Positions 18,982-28,581 of a DNA stretch of 64,000 nucleotides are shown here, piece after piece. Both the position numbers and the translations under genes were made by a program. The DNA is from Leptonemataceae bacterium (GTDB lineage: Bacteria > Spirochaetota > Leptospiria > Leptospirales > Leptonemataceae). How positions within the stretch are numbered: the first letter of the stretch is position 1; each line of letters starts with the position of its first letter. The stretch lies in contig OZ245742.1 of assembly GCA_965227295.1 (NCBI GenBank), positions 1,984,001 through 2,048,000 on the forward strand. The letters run 5' to 3'. The notes beneath the pieces were generated by a model. It saw nothing but the letters and a program-made list of their open reading frames with translations, did no database searches and was not told the DNA's origin.

Positions 18982-19811
18982 GGGACATGCAAGCCATCGT
19001 CGGGCACTGTGACATCGTGTTCGTTACTCTCGATACGTTGCGCTACGACGTGGCCGCGGCGGAACTGAGCGCCGGTCGCCTGCCGTCCCTGGGGCGATTC
19101 ATTGCACGCTGGGAGAAACGCCACAGTCCAGGAAACTTTACGTACGCGAGTCACCAGGCGTTCTTCGGCGGCTTTTTGCCGACGCCGGCGGAACCTGGTT
19201 TGCACCCGCGGCTTTTCGCGCTGGACTTTCCGGGCAGTGAAACGACGGCGGAAGGTACTTTTGTGTTTCAGTCGGACAGCATCGTAGCGGGCCTCGCGGC
19301 GGAGGGTTATCATACCATATGCGTGGGCGGAGTCGGTTTTTTCAACAAGCTGCCCGGCCTCGGTTCGGTGTTGCCGGCCTTCTTTCAGGAGAGCCACTGG
19401 TCCCGGGAAACGAGCGTAGTCGATCCGGAGTCCACGCGGCATCAGGTGGATTGGTGCATCCGCCGCCTGGATGAGATCGATGGAAAAGACGCCGACCGCC
19501 GCATCTTTCTCTTCGTGAACGTCTCGGCGATGCACGATCCGAATCATTTTTATCGTGCGGATTACTCCGGCGAAGGCAATCCGGTGCTTCCCCGCAACAG
19601 CATGGACGGCCACGCGGGTGCGCTAAGATACGCGGACCGGGAGTTAGGGCGTTTGTTTGATCGATTGGCGCGGCGGGGGCGTTGGTTTGCCGTCGTTTGC
19701 TCGGACCACGGCACGGCTTACGGCGACGACGGCTACGAGGGGCATCGCAACGGCAGCGAGGTTGTCTGGACGGTACCCTACGCGGACTTCATGATCGAGG
19801 CGACGCCGTGA
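18978..19811 (+). CDS. STM4013/SEN3800-family metallo-hydrolase (alkaline phosphatase/sulfatase fold)
   Basis: VTLDTLRYDVA, HSPGNFTYASHQAFFGGFLPTP, CSDHGTAYGDDGYEGHR. Confidence 0.88.
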   Translation: MRDMQAIVGHCDIVFVTLDTLRYDVAAAELSAGRLPSLGRFIARWEKRHSPGNFTYASHQAFFGGFLPTPAEPGLHPRLFALDFPGSETTAEGTFVFQSDSIVAGLAAEGYHTICVGGVGFFNKLPGLGSVLPAFFQESHWSRETSVVDPESTRHQVDWCIRRLDEIDGKDADRRIFLFVNVSAMHDPNHFYRADYSGEGNPVLPRNSMDGHAGALRYADRELGRLFDRLARRGRWFAVVCSDHGTAYGDDGYEGHRNGSEVVWTVPYADFMIEATP

Positions 19812-21172
19812 ATCAGTTGCATGGTCAGCGTTCCGGGGCGCTTGCTCTCGAAGAAATCCTGCTCCGGCCCGAGCTGCATACGTACCTCTACTCGTATCCG
19901 CACAAACACGCGTATCGCGAACTGGACACGCCGGTTCCTGTACAGGATGCCTGGGCCTCTGAAGATGCCTCCGCGCTGTTTCTCTACGTGCACGTTCCGT
20001 TTTGCGAGAGCCGCTGCGGGTTTTGCAATCTCTTCGCCGTCGCCCGGCCGGAGGAAGGCCTGGTCGAGCGATACGTCGCCGCGTTGCGGCGGGAGTTCGC
20101 GGTCATGCAAGAAGTCGCGGCGCAACGTGCTCCCTGGCGATTCGCGCAGTTCGCTTTCGGCGGCGGTACACCTTCGTTTTTATCCGTGCGGCAACTGGAA
20201 GACCTGTTGTCCCAGGTGCGCGCTCTGGCCGGCGCGATTCCGGGCGGTGTGGAGGTGGCACCGGACAGCGCGACCGCCGATCGCCTGGACGTGCTGCGGG
20301 CGTACGGGATCGAGCGGGTGAGCATCGGCGTGCAGAGTTTCTTCGAGAACGAAACTGCCGCCGTCTTTCGCAGGCAATCCGTCCAGGATGTGCACGGCAG
20401 CCTTCAGCGTATCCGCGATCGCAGCTTTCCGTCGCTGAACATCGACCTCATCTACGGCCTGCCGGAGCAAACCTTGCAGACCTGGCGCGATTCATTGCAC
20501 GCGGCGTTGGAACATGCACCGGAGGAGTTGTACCTGTATCCGCTGTATGTACGCCCGGGTACGGGCTTCGGCAAGCACCACGACGACTATGAGGCGGAAC
20601 GCACACGATTTTACCGGCTCGGCCGCAAACTTCTACTGCACGCAGGTTACCGGCAGATCTCCATGCGTCTTTTTCGCCGGGGGGACGTTACCGATCCGGA
20701 ATCCCGGGAGTACCGTTGCCAGGCGGACGGCATGGTAGGCCTCGGCGCCGGCGCGCGCTCGTATACGCGGTCTTTGCATTACTCCGGTCCGTACGCCGTG
20801 GGGCGGGCGTCCACGGCGAAAATTATTCGGGACTACGTGCATCGCGGCGAAGAGGAGCTGCGCCGGATCACTTACGGCATTCATTTGAACGAACGCGAAC
20901 AGCGGCATCGCTTTGTGATTCTGTCGCTCCTCATGAAGGACGGCCTTTCCCTGACGGACTACCGCAAGCGTTTCGGCCTGGATGCGTGGGATGATTTCAG
21001 CCGCATCCGGGACCTGCGTCGCCTGGTGGACGCAGGCTACGCGGAGGTACAAACATCCACGGAAGAGATCTTACGACTGACCCCGGCCGGCCTGGAGCGC
21101 AGCGACGCCCTGGGGGCCTGGCTCATCTCCGACGCGGTGCGCGCACGTATGGAGGCGTTTGATCTGCGATGA
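19808..21172 (+). CDS. STM4012-family radical SAM protein (HemN-like fold)
   Basis: YSYPHK, YVHVPFCESRCGFCNLF (CxxxCxxC), GGGTP, NIDLIYG, YLYPLYVRP, GLGAGARSYT. GTG start overlaps the upstream TGA. Confidence 0.9.
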   Translation: MNQLHGQRSGALALEEILLRPELHTYLYSYPHKHAYRELDTPVPVQDAWASEDASALFLYVHVPFCESRCGFCNLFAVARPEEGLVERYVAALRREFAVMQEVAAQRAPWRFAQFAFGGGTPSFLSVRQLEDLLSQVRALAGAIPGGVEVAPDSATADRLDVLRAYGIERVSIGVQSFFENETAAVFRRQSVQDVHGSLQRIRDRSFPSLNIDLIYGLPEQTLQTWRDSLHAALEHAPEELYLYPLYVRPGTGFGKHHDDYEAERTRFYRLGRKLLLHAGYRQISMRLFRRGDVTDPESREYRCQADGMVGLGAGARSYTRSLHYSGPYAVGRASTAKIIRDYVHRGEEELRRITYGIHLNEREQRHRFVILSLLMKDGLSLTDYRKRFGLDAWDDFSRIRDLRRLVDAGYAEVQTSTEEILRLTPAGLERSDALGAWLISDAVRARMEAFDLR

Positions 21173-22065
21173 ACCTCAGCATTCTGTATCGCGGCTCTCT
21201 GGATAGCTGCAACTATGCCTGTCCGTATTGTCCGTTCGGTAAGAATCCCGTGGACCGCGACAATCTACGCATCGACGCGCAACAACTGGAGCGTTTCGTC
21301 GAGCGGATCGCGGAGAACCCGGAGGGCTTTCGGACGATCTCACTGTTCTTCACACCCTGGGGCGAAGCGTTGATCCATCGCAGTTATCAGCGTGCCCTGG
21401 TACGTTTGAGTCATCTAACGCACGTTCCCCGCGTGGCCGCTCAGACGAATCTTTCGTTTCGTCCGGAGTGGCTGGAGGATTGCGACGCGAGGGCGATGGG
21501 TCTCTGGGCGACGTATCATCCCGGTGAGGTCGACGCGGCGCGTTTCGCCCGGAAGAGCCGGCGTTTGCTGGAGATGGGCATTCGCCACAGCGTCGGCGTC
21601 GTGGGAGTTCGTGAGCACTTCCCGGCCATTCGTGACATGCGTGCAGAGCTTTCGCCCGATGTGTACATGTGGGTGAACGCGATCAAACGGCCGGCGCAGT
21701 ACTATGACGCTGCGGACATCGAGTTTCTGGAAGGCATTGATCCGCACGTGCGCTGGAATCTTGAACCGCATGCGAGCTTCGGCCGGGCCTGTCGCACCGG
21801 TGAGAGCGTGGTCTCCGTAGACGGCGCGGGCGAAGTGCGGCGCTGTCACTTTGTTCCGGAGCGTCTGGGGAATCTCTACGAAACATCGCTCCGGGAGATG
21901 CTGCGTCCCCGGGCCTGCACGAACCAGGAGTGCCGCTGTCACATCGGCTACGTGCATCTGGAAGCCTTGCAGTTGGACCGGCTGTACGGGGACGGCATCC
22001 TGGAACGGTTGCCCGCGGCGCACCGAACGTACGGCGCGCCCGTGTCGGGCCTGTCGCGGATTTAA
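21169..22065 (+). CDS. STM4011-family radical SAM protein with C-terminal Cys cluster
   Basis: LYRGSLDSCNYACPYCPF, FTPWGEAL, AQTNLS, CRTG...RRCHF...CTNQECRCHIGY. Confidence 0.9.
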   Translation: MNLSILYRGSLDSCNYACPYCPFGKNPVDRDNLRIDAQQLERFVERIAENPEGFRTISLFFTPWGEALIHRSYQRALVRLSHLTHVPRVAAQTNLSFRPEWLEDCDARAMGLWATYHPGEVDAARFARKSRRLLEMGIRHSVGVVGVREHFPAIRDMRAELSPDVYMWVNAIKRPAQYYDAADIEFLEGIDPHVRWNLEPHASFGRACRTGESVVSVDGAGEVRRCHFVPERLGNLYETSLREMLRPRACTNQECRCHIGYVHLEALQLDRLYGDGILERLPAAHRTYGAPVSGLSRI

Positions 22066-22580
22066 GGCCGCTCCAGTTTCAGTAGCGCCGCGTAGGGATC
22101 ACCGTAACTCTCGATTGCAAAGTATTTGCAAAAGGCAGCTTCGGTGCTGAGGCCGCTGCGTTTCAGCGCGCGAATCGCGGCTCGCGCCGCGGCCGGGTCG
22201 TTCGCCGTTTTCAGGAGTTGTCGTTCGATCCGCATATGTCGCCAGGCATACTGTGTCTCTACCGGACGTGCTTCGGCGTAGATTTCGATGCGCGCGCCTG
22301 CGGGGAATTCCGGCGGGTAGTGTGAGATTGTGCGGAAGTTCGCCACACGCGCTTCGTCGCGTTGCCAGGCTGTGAACTCCGGGAACGTTTCGTAGTGCTG
22401 CGCCACGAGATTCGCAAAGGCGTCGAGGTCCGCCGCGTGGCAGATCACATCCAGGTCGCTGTCGGGCAGATCGACGTCCAGCGGGATCGTGCCGGTCAGC
22501 GTGGGATTGTAGGGGGCCAGCACGGTCCACAGGCCGATCTCATCGAGTATCGCGCGGGCGGCGGTTTCGCGGGGCGGCAT
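22062..22580 (-). CDS. DUF4269-family protein (nucleotidyltransferase-like)
   Basis: GTIPLDVDLPDSDLDVIC, IEIY, AWRHMRIE, LKRSGLSTEAAF, DPY. Confidence 0.8.
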   Translation of the reverse strand: MPPRETAARAILDEIGLWTVLAPYNPTLTGTIPLDVDLPDSDLDVICHAADLDAFANLVAQHYETFPEFTAWQRDEARVANFRTISHYPPEFPAGARIEIYAEARPVETQYAWRHMRIERQLLKTANDPAAARAAIRALKRSGLSTEAAFCKYFAIESYGDPYAALLKLERP

Positions 22581-22779
22581 GAGTAGAGAGTCAGGGAGCG
22601 ACGGATTGCGTAAAGAAATTGTTCCGGATTATGTCACATCATCGCGACCCGCCCCATCTTACGAAATTTCCCTGGAATCCGCGTTTCTGTACGGGATTTG
22701 CCGTTGACGGGGCAGGCCGGGCGCAAAAGGCTGCCAGTTCTTCTACTATTACAGCAGATCTCTTACGGAACACAGGCAC

Positions 22780-23238
22780 ATGGCCGTCACACTGAAACAA
22801 CAGCGGACGCAATATACCCGCAACGAAGACCTCAAGAAGGACTGGATCCTCATCGACGCGGAGGAGCAAACCCTCGGTCGTCTCGCATCGCGCATCGCGC
22901 ATCGCCTGCGCGGCAAACACCGCCCCGACTACGCTCCGCACCAGGACAACGGCGACAACGTTGTCGTGGTGAACGCGGGAAAAATCAAAGTCAGCGGCCG
23001 CAAGCTCGACCAGAAGATCTACTATGAGCACTCCGGCTACACCGGCGGCATGAAAACGTCCACCCTGCGCCGGAAGCTGAACGAGGACCCCACCTACGCC
23101 CTGAAGACCGCGGTGAAGCGCATGCTGCCCCCCGGTCCCCTGGGACGCCGGCTCCTCGGCAATCTCCGCGTCTTCGCCGGTGAAGAGCACGGTCACGCGG
23201 CCCAGCAGCCCACCCGGATCGACCCGGCGAAACTCTAA
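22780..23238 (+). CDS. rplM: 50S ribosomal protein L13
   Basis: [34 protein letters not shown]. Confidence 0.98.
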   Translation: MAVTLKQQRTQYTRNEDLKKDWILIDAEEQTLGRLASRIAHRLRGKHRPDYAPHQDNGDNVVVVNAGKIKVSGRKLDQKIYYEHSGYTGGMKTSTLRRKLNEDPTYALKTAVKRMLPPGPLGRRLLGNLRVFAGEEHGHAAQQPTRIDPAKL

Positions 23239-23266
23239 GTTATTTTCTCAAGGAACCTTCGCAAAC

Positions 23267-23662
23267 ATGAGCAACGAAAAAGGCATTTTCACCGTAGGAC
23301 GCCGCAAAACCTCCGTGGCCCGCGTCCGCCTCGTTCCCGGCCAGGGCAAAGTCACCATCAACGGCCGCGAAGTGGCCGAGTACTTTCCCATCGGTCGCCT
23401 GGCCGAGCAGGCGGTCCGCCCGCTGAACCTGGTCGGTGTCGCCGATAAGTACGATCTCAAGGTCCGTGTGAGCGGCGGTGGGGTTTCCTCTCAGGCCGGT
23501 GCCGTGGGCATGGGCATCGCCCGGGCGCTCCAGACGCATGCCCCGGAGCATCGTCCGCACCTCAAGAAAGCCGGCGTGCTGACCCGGGACTCCCGTATGG
23601 TCGAGCGGAAGAAGTACGGCCTGCGCAAAGCCCGCCGCGGCACGCAGTTCTCCAAGCGCTGA
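23267..23662 (+). CDS. rpsI: 30S ribosomal protein S9
   Basis: [34 protein letters not shown]...QFSKR. ATG at 23267. Confidence 0.98.
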   Translation: MSNEKGIFTVGRRKTSVARVRLVPGQGKVTINGREVAEYFPIGRLAEQAVRPLNLVGVADKYDLKVRVSGGGVSSQAGAVGMGIARALQTHAPEHRPHLKKAGVLTRDSRMVERKKYGLRKARRGTQFSKR

Positions 23663-23687
23663 TTTGTATTCACAGCGCTGGTGCGCG

Positions 23688-23725
23688 AAACGCGTCGTTC
23701 TCAGGGACGGCGCGTTTTTGTTTTT
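23688..23725 (+). terminator. Rho-independent terminator of rplM-rpsI
   Basis: AAACGCGTCGTTC-TCAG-GGACGGCGCGTTT followed by T-runs. Confidence 0.8.
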
Positions 23726-23937
23726 AAAGCGATCGGCGCGATCGGTCAACGATTCGTCAACAGATCGCCACATCCTGACGCTCTGTCGCCGGAAAACACT
23801 GTAAAATAAGGCGTTTTCGAATCCTGACGATGCAACGGAATTGTCATATGGTTGCAACAAAAAGCTTGCGATATTGTCTGATTCTCTAGAATCTCTCCAC
23901 ACACAAAGCTCACAAATACACACAAGGCAGGTTCATC

Positions 23938-25110
23938 ATGGGCACGGCACTCGGTCAGCGAATCGCGAATTACACGCGGGACAAAGTCTTTCGCAGCATT
24001 CACAACAATCACTTAATCTACAACACCAGTTGGGAAGACCCGGCCATCGATCGAAAACTGATGGACATCGGCAAAGATTCTCACATTGTCATGATCACCA
24101 GCGCGGGGGACAACGCCCTCGACTATCTCCTGGATCGTCCGGCGAGCATCAACAGCGTGGACGTGAATCCGCGCCAGAACGCGCTCTTCGAACTCAAACG
24201 TTCGGTCATCAAAAACGCCGAATTCCAGGATCTCTACAAAATGTTCGGCAACGGTTACCACGAAAGCATCGCCGATCTTTACAAAGGCAAACTCCGTGCA
24301 AGTTTACCGGAGTACGCCCGCAAGTTCTGGGACAAGCGCATGAAGTTTTTCAAGCGCGGCGGCCTGAAGAAATCGTTCTACTACTACGGCGGCGCCGGCA
24401 CCCTCGCCTGGCTCTGGCAGGTCTACTGTAAAGTGCACAAGCGCCTGGACCAGAACATCCGCTGGTTGTTCAACGCGCAGACCATGGAAGAACAAAAAGC
24501 GGCTTACGAAAAGCTCGAGCCGATTCTCTGGAACCGCGCGGTAAGCTGGCTCCTCGGTCGTCACATTACCCTGGCCGCCATGGGTGTACCCCGGGCCCAG
24601 CGCGATCTGATCATGAACGGTTTCGAAGGCGGGCTCGCCGGCTTTCTGCGCGACAGTGTGCGTCGCGTCTTCACCGAAGTGCCGGTCACCGAGAACTACT
24701 TCTGGCGCGTCTACGCCACGGGCTCCTACTCTCCGGAGTGCGCGCCGGGTTATCTGCGCGAGAATAACTTCGAAACGTTGCAGGAAACCGTGGACCGCGC
24801 GCACATCCACAACACGACGATGATCGAATTCCTGAAGAACAACCCGCGCGAGTACACGCACTACGTACTGCTCGACCATCAGGACTGGCTGGCCTGGAAC
24901 GATCCGGCCTCCCTGGAAGAAGAGTGGCAGCAGATTCTCCAGAACAGCAAACCGGGCACGAAGATCCTCATGCGTTCCGCTTCGCCGAAGGTCGACTTCC
25001 TCCCGGACTTCGTCCTCGACCGGGTGGACTTCCAGGAAGAAACGAATCTGCACGCCCGGTGCCGCGTAGGTACTTATGCGAGCCTCCTCGTCGGGACGGT
25101 ACAGGCATGA
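23938..25110 (+). CDS. btaA: BtaA-like (DUF3419) SAM:diacylglycerol 3-amino-3-carboxypropyl transferase
   Basis: IYNTSWEDPAID, ITSAGDNALDY, VDVNPRQNALFELK, NYFW, LLDHQDW, RSA, RVGTYAS. Confidence 0.85.
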   Translation: MGTALGQRIANYTRDKVFRSIHNNHLIYNTSWEDPAIDRKLMDIGKDSHIVMITSAGDNALDYLLDRPASINSVDVNPRQNALFELKRSVIKNAEFQDLYKMFGNGYHESIADLYKGKLRASLPEYARKFWDKRMKFFKRGGLKKSFYYYGGAGTLAWLWQVYCKVHKRLDQNIRWLFNAQTMEEQKAAYEKLEPILWNRAVSWLLGRHITLAAMGVPRAQRDLIMNGFEGGLAGFLRDSVRRVFTEVPVTENYFWRVYATGSYSPECAPGYLRENNFETLQETVDRAHIHNTTMIEFLKNNPREYTHYVLLDHQDWLAWNDPASLEEEWQQILQNSKPGTKILMRSASPKVDFLPDFVLDRVDFQEETNLHARCRVGTYASLLVGTVQA

Positions 25111-25775
25111 GCGGTGCCACGGCATCCTTTGACGATCGCGCCGGTCAGATCGACAATCTCCGGCGCTACTATAAGTTCCACGCGTTGATCTACGACGCCA
25201 CGCGCTGGTCGTTCCTGTTCGGTCGCACGGCCATCTTGAAAAAACTGCCGTCGGAAGCCGAACTACTTCAGCGCACGGGCAGCAAACAACTGCGCATCTT
25301 AGAAGTCGGCTGTGGTACCGGGAAGAACCTCGCGTACCTCGCCGCTAAGTATCCCCACGCGCACCTTACGGGCATCGACGTTTCGGCGGACATGATCCAG
25401 AAGTCCGCGAAGAAATTACAGGCCCATGCCGATCGCCTGAATCTGCTGGAAGAACCTTACGAAAAAGGCGGCAACGCCGGCGGGGATTTCGATCTCGTGC
25501 TTTTTTCGTACAGCCTGTCCATGATCAACCCGCAGTGGTCCGAGATCCTGGACACGGCCCGGGAAGATCTGAAGCCGGGCGGCCTCGCGGCAGCGGTGGA
25601 TTTTTCGGACACGGCCTTCGGCTGGTTTCGCAAACACATGGCCGGCAACCACGTGCGCGTGGACGGACATTTGTTGCCGGGACTGCGCGAGCGTTTTGCA
25701 CCGATCCTCAATTTTGAGGGCAGCGCTTACCTGGGCATCTGGAAGTACCTCATGTTCATCGGCGAGAAGAAGTAA
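25107..25775 (+). CDS. btaB: BtaB-like SAM-dependent N-methyltransferase
   Basis: YYKFHALIYDATRWSFLFGR, LEVGCGTGKN, FSYSLSMI, VDF. ATG overlaps the btaA stop. Confidence 0.8.
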   Translation: MSGATASFDDRAGQIDNLRRYYKFHALIYDATRWSFLFGRTAILKKLPSEAELLQRTGSKQLRILEVGCGTGKNLAYLAAKYPHAHLTGIDVSADMIQKSAKKLQAHADRLNLLEEPYEKGGNAGGDFDLVLFSYSLSMINPQWSEILDTAREDLKPGGLAAAVDFSDTAFGWFRKHMAGNHVRVDGHLLPGLRERFAPILNFEGSAYLGIWKYLMFIGEKK

Positions 25776-25856
25776 GATCGGGCCGACCCGGACCGAGCGC
25801 GTCTTCCGGATTGACAACCATATCTTTGCAGTGAGACTGGCGAGTCTTACGGCCGT

Positions 25857-27692
25857 ATGACCAATATCCTCGGCATTTCCTGCTTCTATCACGACTCCGC
25901 GGCGGCTCTCATTCGGGACGGCAAGATCATTGCTGCCGCCCAGGAAGAGCGCTTCACCCGCAAGAAACACGATCCGGATTTTCCCTTGCACGCCTGCGAG
26001 TACGTGCTGCGCGAGGGCGGCATTACGCAGGCCGACGTGGACGTCGTCGCGTTCTACGATAAATCCTTTCTGAAGTTTGAACGTTTGCTGGAGTCCGTGC
26101 TGGACGGCTGGCACCGGGCGCTGCGCCTGTGGTTGACCGCCGTCCCCTCCTGGCTCGATCACAAGTGGCTCATTAAACGTACCGTCTACGATCGCCTGGA
26201 GGACCTGAACCCGGACGCGCGCTTCGTGTTTCCCGAGCACCACGAGTCCCATGCCGCCGCGGCCTTTTATCCGTCGCCGTTCGAGAAGGCGGCCTTTCTT
26301 ACGATCGACGGCGTCGGCGAATGGGCGACGACTTCCTGGGGCCTGGCCGAGGGCAAGGACGTGCGGATCCGCCAGGAGATCCACTTCCCGCATTCGTTAG
26401 GTTTACTTTATTCAGCATTTACGGCTTACACGGGCTTTAAGGTCAACTCGGGCGAGTACAAAGTAATGGGACTTGCCCCCTACGGCGAACCGAAGTTCGT
26501 GCAGAAGATTTACGATCACATTCTGGATGTAAAACCGGACGGATCGTTTCGCCTCAACATGGAGTACTTCGACTATACCGCCGGCTTGCGCATGGCCAAC
26601 GAAAAGTTCTACGAGGTCTTCGGCGGTCCGCCGCGTAAGTCGGAGACGAGGTTGAGTCAACGCGAGATGGACCTGGCACGCTCGGTGCAGGTGGTGATCG
26701 AAGAGACCGTGCTGAAGCTCGGCAACTACATTCACGAACAGAGCGACGGGATCGAGAACCTCTGTCTGGCCGGCGGCGTGGCTTTGAACTGTGTGGCGAA
26801 CGGCATTCTACTGCGCGAAGGCAAGTTCAAAAACGTCTGGATTCAACCGGCCGCCGGGGACGCGGGTTCCGCCGTGGGCGCGGCGCTCATGGCCTGGCAC
26901 AAGGTTCTCGGCAACGAACGTAAGTTAGCGGAAGCCTCGAAGGTCCAGCAGGGTTCGTACCTGGGCCCGCACTATTCCTCCGACGAGATCCAGGCCTACC
27001 TCGATCGCGAAAACATTCCGTACACGAAGTACGACGATAACCTCGCAGCGGCCCGGGCCACGGCGCAGTTGATCGCCGACGGCAACGTTATCGGCTGGTT
27101 CTCCGGACGCATGGAGTTCGGTCCGCGGGCCCTCGGCGCGCGCAGTATCCTGGGTGATCCGCGCAGCGAGAAGATGCAGTCGACCATGAACCTGAAGATC
27201 AAGTTCCGCGAATCGTTCCGCCCGTTCGCGCCCAGCGTTTTGCGCGAGGATGTCTCGACTTACTTCGAACACGACGGCGACTCGCCGTACATGCTCATCG
27301 TCGCGCCGGTGAAGGAACATTTGCGCAAAGAGATGAGCGCGGAACAGCAAAAACTGTTCGGCATCGAAAAGCTCAACGTTACCCGCTCGGAGCTGCCGGC
27401 GATCACGCACGTGGACTACTCGGCGCGCATCCAGACCGTGGACGGAGAGTTTCATCCGGCCTATTACGAACTCATCAAAGAATTCAAGCGACTCACCGGT
27501 TACGGCGTCGTCATCAATACCTCGTTCAACGTTCGGGGCGAGCCCATCGTCAACACGCCGGAGCAGGCCTACACGTGTTTCCAGCGTACGCACATGGACT
27601 ATCTGGTGCTCGAAAACTTTGTCCTCGATAAACGCGAGCAGCCGGAGCTCGAGGACGACGTCGACTGGAAGAACGAGTTCGAGCTGGACTGA
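25857..27692 (+). CDS. Carbamoyltransferase, NodU/CmcH (SxtI-like) family
   Basis: LGISCFYHDSAAAL, EERFTRKKH, EHHESHA, DGVGE, EYKVMGLAPYG, MEFGPRALG, NTSFNVRGEP. Confidence 0.93.
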   Translation: MTNILGISCFYHDSAAALIRDGKIIAAAQEERFTRKKHDPDFPLHACEYVLREGGITQADVDVVAFYDKSFLKFERLLESVLDGWHRALRLWLTAVPSWLDHKWLIKRTVYDRLEDLNPDARFVFPEHHESHAAAAFYPSPFEKAAFLTIDGVGEWATTSWGLAEGKDVRIRQEIHFPHSLGLLYSAFTAYTGFKVNSGEYKVMGLAPYGEPKFVQKIYDHILDVKPDGSFRLNMEYFDYTAGLRMANEKFYEVFGGPPRKSETRLSQREMDLARSVQVVIEETVLKLGNYIHEQSDGIENLCLAGGVALNCVANGILLREGKFKNVWIQPAAGDAGSAVGAALMAWHKVLGNERKLAEASKVQQGSYLGPHYSSDEIQAYLDRENIPYTKYDDNLAAARATAQLIADGNVIGWFSGRMEFGPRALGARSILGDPRSEKMQSTMNLKIKFRESFRPFAPSVLREDVSTYFEHDGDSPYMLIVAPVKEHLRKEMSAEQQKLFGIEKLNVTRSELPAITHVDYSARIQTVDGEFHPAYYELIKEFKRLTGYGVVINTSFNVRGEPIVNTPEQAYTCFQRTHMDYLVLENFVLDKREQPELEDDVDWKNEFELD

Positions 27693-27697
27693 TTTTT

Positions 27698-28381
27698 ATG
27701 ACCGCGGCGGCAGCAGAAAAACGCTCAAAGAAAAAAGTGAAGGGTAGTACCACGCGCGGTTACTACAGCAAGCTGCTCGTGTTCACGCTGATCTTCCTCG
27801 TGATTCAATGGGCGTGGGGTTTTGCCCTGGGGTGGCGCCCGTACTTCTGGATCTTCGCGGCGGTGTGTTTTGTTTTCGCGGTGGTGCCGGCGGTCGGCCG
27901 CCCGTTGCACAGTCTCTGGAACCTCTACCTGGAACGCAGTACCCAGGGCTCACGTTTCTTTCTGGGCACGGCGTGCGTGCTTCTATTGATTGCGTGGTAT
28001 CGTTTTTTCTACATCGCCCTCGGCGAATCTACGGCACGCCTGGCGGATGTGCCGTACGAAGCGTTGTGGCTCTACCGACCGGACGGTGACTATCTCTACT
28101 GGTTCCTCGCGGCTGTGATCCTCGGCGGCGTGAGTTTCTCCGAGCCTGCGGCGAATCGTTTGTTCGATCTCTGGATGAAACTCGCGCTCGCGATTCAGGC
28201 CGTGATGAGTCGTGTTCTCTTGACGTTAGTTTATCTGCTCGGCGTGGTACCATTGGGGCTGGCTGCGCGGTTGGCGGGAAAACGTTTCCTGGTGCGCGAG
28301 TGGGATCCGGAGGCCGCAACCTACTGGATCGATCGCGACGAAAAAGAGTTTACGGAAAAACACTACGGCCGGCATTTTTAA
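27698..28381 (+). CDS. SxtJ-like membrane protein
   Basis: Multi-TM; C-terminal WMKLA...VLLTLVY...PLG...TYWIDR...YGRHF pattern; follows the carbamoyltransferase. Confidence 0.7.
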   Translation: MTAAAAEKRSKKKVKGSTTRGYYSKLLVFTLIFLVIQWAWGFALGWRPYFWIFAAVCFVFAVVPAVGRPLHSLWNLYLERSTQGSRFFLGTACVLLLIAWYRFFYIALGESTARLADVPYEALWLYRPDGDYLYWFLAAVILGGVSFSEPAANRLFDLWMKLALAIQAVMSRVLLTLVYLLGVVPLGLAARLAGKRFLVREWDPEAATYWIDRDEKEFTEKHYGRHF

Positions 28382-28425
28382 CGATCACGCTTTCTTAGAT
28401 CGGCGGCATTTACGGTTACGTTCGT

Positions 28426-28581
28426 ATGGATATACTCAAAGAGTTCTGGGATTTTCTGAAAGAGCGCAAAAAGATCTGGATCGTTCCGTTGATCCTGATG
28501 CTCGGTGCCCTGGCCTTGTTGGCCGTTGCGGTCGCGGGTTCCGCGCCGGGTCTGGCCCCGTTTATTTACGCGATGTTTTAA
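28426..28581 (+). CDS. DUF5989 / SxtK-like small membrane protein (51 aa)
   Basis: Not in the ORF track. MDILKEFWDFLKERKKIWIVPLILMLGALALLAVAVAGSAPGLAPFIYAMF. Confidence 0.88.
   Translation: MDILKEFWDFLKERKKIWIVPLILMLGALALLAVAVAGSAPGLAPFIYAMF

Noticed and set aside
19808..21172. HemN coproporphyrinogen dehydrogenase of the heme pathway
   Set aside because: STM4012-type motifs and operon context; far from the hem genes.
25857..28581. Saxitoxin biosynthesis cluster
   Set aside because: No sxtA, sxtG or other core genes in the window; the I/J/K-like trio is widespread.
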